Origin: Actinomycetota bacterium
GTDB lineage: Bacteria > Actinomycetota > UBA4738 > HRBIN12
Reading direction: 5' to 3'
Length of the DNA stretch: 64,000 nt
NCBI GenBank assembly: GCA_035490535.1
Contig: DATHCP010000018.1
Span: 628-64,627 of the forward strand
Shown: positions 62,401 through 64,000 of the stretch, piece by piece
Position numbering within the stretch: position 1 is the stretch's first letter
How the letters are laid out: every line of letters starts with the position of its first letter
Program-made: the position numbers and the translations under genes
Notes under the pieces: generated by a model
What the model saw: the letters and a program-made list of their open reading frames with translations, nothing else
The model's database searches: none
What the model was told of the DNA's origin: nothing

Positions 62401-63003
62401 CCGCGCGATGATCCGGCGCTGATCGTCCAGCCCGTGATCCTGGAGCTCGACGAAGTAGTTCCCGGGCCCGAACAGCTCGCGATACTCCCCGGCCACCTCG
62501 CGGGCACGATCGTCCCGGCCGGCCAGGAGCGATACGCCGAGCTCCGACGAGAGGCACCCGGACAGGCACAGCAACCCCTCCGCGTGCTCGGCGAGCAACT
62601 GCCGGTCCATCCGGGGCCGGTGGTAGAAGCCCTCGAGGTGCGCGAGCGACACCAGGCGCAGCAGGTTCCGGTAGCCGGTCTCGTCGGCGGCCAGCAGCGT
62701 CAGATGGTGGTACTTCTCCTCGCTCTCCCCCGGGGTGCGGTCGAACCGCGAGCCCGGCGCCACGTAGGCCTCGACCCCGACGATCGGCTTGACGCCCGAA
62801 CGGCGGGCCGCCTCGTAGAAGCGCAGGGCGCCGAACATCGATCCGTGATCGGTGACGCCGACCGCCGGCATCCCGTGCCGAACCGCCTCCGTGAAGATCG
62901 TGGCCGCCTGCGGGTTCGACCGCGGCGCCTCGATCCGGGCCGCGCCATCCAGGAGCGAGTACTCGGAGTGCGTGTGCAGGTGGACGAAGCCTGGGCCCGA
63001 CAT
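59467..63003 (-). CDS. dnaE: DNA polymerase III alpha subunit
   Basis: PHP domain FVHLHTHSEYSLLDG, polymerase core and OB domain, about 1178 aa; ATG at 63003 with SD CAGGAAGG. Confidence 0.95.
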   Translation of the reverse strand: MSGPGFVHLHTHSEYSLLDGAARIEAPRSNPQAATIFTEAVRHGMPAVGVTDHGSMFGALRFYEAARRSGVKPIVGVEAYVAPGSRFDRTPGESEEKYHHLTLLAADETGYRNLLRLVSLAHLEGFYHRPRMDRQLLAEHAEGLLCLSGCLSSELGVSLLAGRDDRAREVAGEYRELFGPGNYFVELQDHGLDDQRRIIARQIEIARAIGAPIVATNDLHYLRKEDAKPHDVLLCIQQQKLQSDPKRLRFDSEEFYLKSAEEMRAVFRELPEACDTTLAIAERVQLLPELERILVEGRIEYRLPRFDTPHGEALETYLRELVEGGAAERYGSPLAPEVVERIDHELAVITKMGFAGYFLIVWDLIRFARERGIRVGPGRGSAAGSVVSYALRVTDLDPLRYGLLFERFLNPDRIEMPDIDMDFDERRRDEVLRYATDRYGSDRVAQIVTFQTIKGKQGIRDAARVLGFPPIVGDRLCKMYPPAVMGRDEPIDRALEVSPELREAYEREPEAREIVDTARALEGLRREDSVHAAGVVIGDAPLMEYLPLKLTKDSREGSKKMVTQFDMNGVAQLGLLKMDFLGLRTLSVLEDTVRHLRDRGVELDIDHIPLDDAETYAMLRRGDTTGVFQMESPGVRNLIKLLEPDRFEDLMACVALYRPGLLSMGQHTEYAERKHGRKKVVYPHPDLEPVLGSTYGVMVYQEQVMQTAVVLAGFSVGEADTLRKVMGKKIRDKVAAQREKFVAGAVAQGHERRSAEEIFELIEPFADYGFNASHACAYGYVAYQTAYLMAHHPVEYMAAVLTSVKDDKDRKPFYLYACRGMGIEVLPPDVNESAMDFAPAPGERRAIRYGLSAVRNVGEGVVQAIVDARAEGEDFTSFADFCRRVEPGALTKRVLESLIFAGAFDSLGYTRGGLVQQVGEQAAWEKVAAPILAERKAEAAGQFSLFGGGEGELQEVDASVLQGPELDKRLLLSKEKEMLGQFVTDHPLLGVDASLRTQTTHAIRDLPSLGDGDLVTVAGIIGSLARKYSRRGEPYAQFRLEGLEGGVEVMAFPSVYEAVPHLIEPDAIVLVTGRIDLRGRELQIRANDIREPVLGPDERVAEPDALVVDLAATACTPAVLARLKQLFEAHPGAAPVQLRFVSSQGIRPLALGSFSVDAAGSLLGELRDLLGADAARVG

Positions 63004-63031
63004 CCTCGCGGTCGACGACCTTCCTGACGCG

Positions 63032-63064
63032 TTATCCACAGATCCCGCGGCCCGATGTGGATAG
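63032..63064. promoter_or_regulatory. Inverted pair of DnaA boxes upstream of dnaE
   Basis: Plus strand TTATCCACA (perfect 9-mer DnaA box consensus) at 63032..63040 and TGTGGATAG (reverse complement CTATCCACA, 1 mismatch) at 63056..63064, 15 nt apart, 30-60 nt upstream of the dnaE ATG. Confidence 0.4.
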
Positions 63065-63117
63065 TTACACGGCTGTGATTCGCGGGGCAGCCAACGTACG
63101 CCGGGCCCCCGGCGGCG

Positions 63118-64000
63118 TCAAGGTCGCAGGTCGGCCCGGGCGCGCCGGAGCGCCTCGGCCAGGTCCTCCGGGAGGGGCTCCTCCACCTCGACCCACGCGC
63201 CCGTCACCGGATGGACGAACCCGAGCCGGGCGGCATGCAGGAACGGTCGGCGCAGCGTCAGCGCGCGAGCGGCGTCCCCGCCACCCCCGTAGCTCCGGTC
63301 GCCCACGATCGGATGCCCGATCGCGGCCGCGTGGACGCGGATCTGGTGGGTCCGCCCGGTCTGTGGGATGGCCTCCACCAACGTCGTCGCCGGGAACCGC
63401 TCCACGACCGCGAAGGTCGTCACCGCGGCGCGTCCCCCGACCCGGTCGACCGCGATCCGTGCCGCGCGGCGCCCGAGCGGGGCGTCGACCGTGAAGCGGT
63501 CGTGCTCCGGTGCTCCGCGTACCAGCGCCAGGTAGCGCCGTTCGACGTCGTGCCGAGCGAACGCCGTACGGAGGACCTCGTACGCCCGGTCCGTCGAGGC
63601 GACCACCAGGAGTCCGCTCGTGCCGGCGTCCAGCCGGTGGACGATCCCGGGGCGCAGCGACCCGCCGGCCGGCGCGAGCGGAACGCCCATGCCGAGCAGC
63701 CGGTTCACGAGCGTCCCGGTCGTGCGCGAGGGTGTCGGGTGGGTCACCAGTCCCGCCGGCTTCGCGACGACCAGCACGTCGTCGTCGCGGTACCGGACCG
63801 GCACCGTCGGCCCCTCGGGCGCGATCGTCGGGTCCGCCGGCAGCTCCACCAGCAGCCGCTCGCCGCCCTGCAGCCGATGGGACTTCGGCCGGGGCACGCC
63901 GTCGACCAGGATGCCGCCGGCCGCGATCGCGCGTTGCACGTCCGCCCGAGGCACGCCGAGCGCCGCCGCGACCACGGCGTCCAGACGGCCGGGCTCGGCG
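63118..64000 (-). CDS. RluA-family 23S rRNA pseudouridine synthase (RluD-like), N-terminus beyond window end
   Basis: S4-like RLDAVVAAALGVPRADVQRAI..., catalytic HRLDAGTSGLLVVA, C-terminal RluA motifs. Reading frame stays open to position 64000, so the true start is outside the window. Confidence 0.85.
   Translation of the reverse strand, partial: AEPGRLDAVVAAALGVPRADVQRAIAAGGILVDGVPRPKSHRLQGGERLLVELPADPTIAPEGPTVPVRYRDDDVLVVAKPAGLVTHPTPSRTTGTLVNRLLGMGVPLAPAGGSLRPGIVHRLDAGTSGLLVVASTDRAYEVLRTAFARHDVERRYLALVRGAPEHDRFTVDAPLGRRAARIAVDRVGGRAAVTTFAVVERFPATTLVEAIPQTGRTHQIRVHAAAIGHPIVGDRSYGGGGDAARALTLRRPFLHAARLGFVHPVTGAWVEVEEPLPEDLAEALRRARADLRP

Overview
This 64 kb window has very high GC (about 70%+) and dense, mostly minus-strand coding. 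Gene order matches the conserved actinobacterial core neighbourhood. I found no mobile elements, CRISPR arrays or obvious pseudogenes.

The conserved housekeeping blocks, in window order:
- tRNA-Leu(GAG) - secG - oligopeptide ABC operon - archaeal-type phosphoglycerate mutase apgM - tpiA - pgk - gap - rapZ - uvrC - lipoprotein - uvrA
- uvrB ... coaE - rpsA - polA
- tRNA-Leu(CAA), trpA - trpB - trpC - hisA/priA-like, dnaE and an RluD-like gene cut by the window edge

Accessory genes sit between and around these blocks:
- two tandem GcvT-like aminomethyltransferases next to an amidohydrolase and an ABC-F ATPase
- polyphosphate glucokinase
- two polar-amino-acid ABC transporters
- a Liv-type branched-chain ABC transporter beside a DAO-family FAD oxidase and an ornithine-cyclodeaminase-like gene
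- an ABC-2 exporter pair
- an S9 peptidase / small protein / class-V aminotransferase / amidohydrolase cluster between uvrA and uvrB

The most interesting observations:
- a predicted lipoprotein with a BNR-like beta-propeller fused to a plastocyanin-type blue-copper domain, wedged between uvrA and uvrC
- a near-consensus plus-strand promoter driving a structured ~160 nt untranslated transcript between polA and an ABC operon
- an inverted pair of DnaA boxes in front of dnaE
- a HisA/PriA-like isomerase embedded in the trp operon instead of a his operon
- secG translationally coupled to an inserted opp operon
- rapZ abutting gap without the usual yvcK-whiA pair
- two tandem paralogous about 56 aa membrane proteins

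The six-frame track holds many long Arg/Pro/Gly-rich ORFs that are antisense or frame-shifted artefacts of the GC bias; I rejected these. Coordinates taken from ORF-frame arithmetic should be exact. Coordinates for RNA and regulatory sites read from raw sequence may be off by 1-2 nt.
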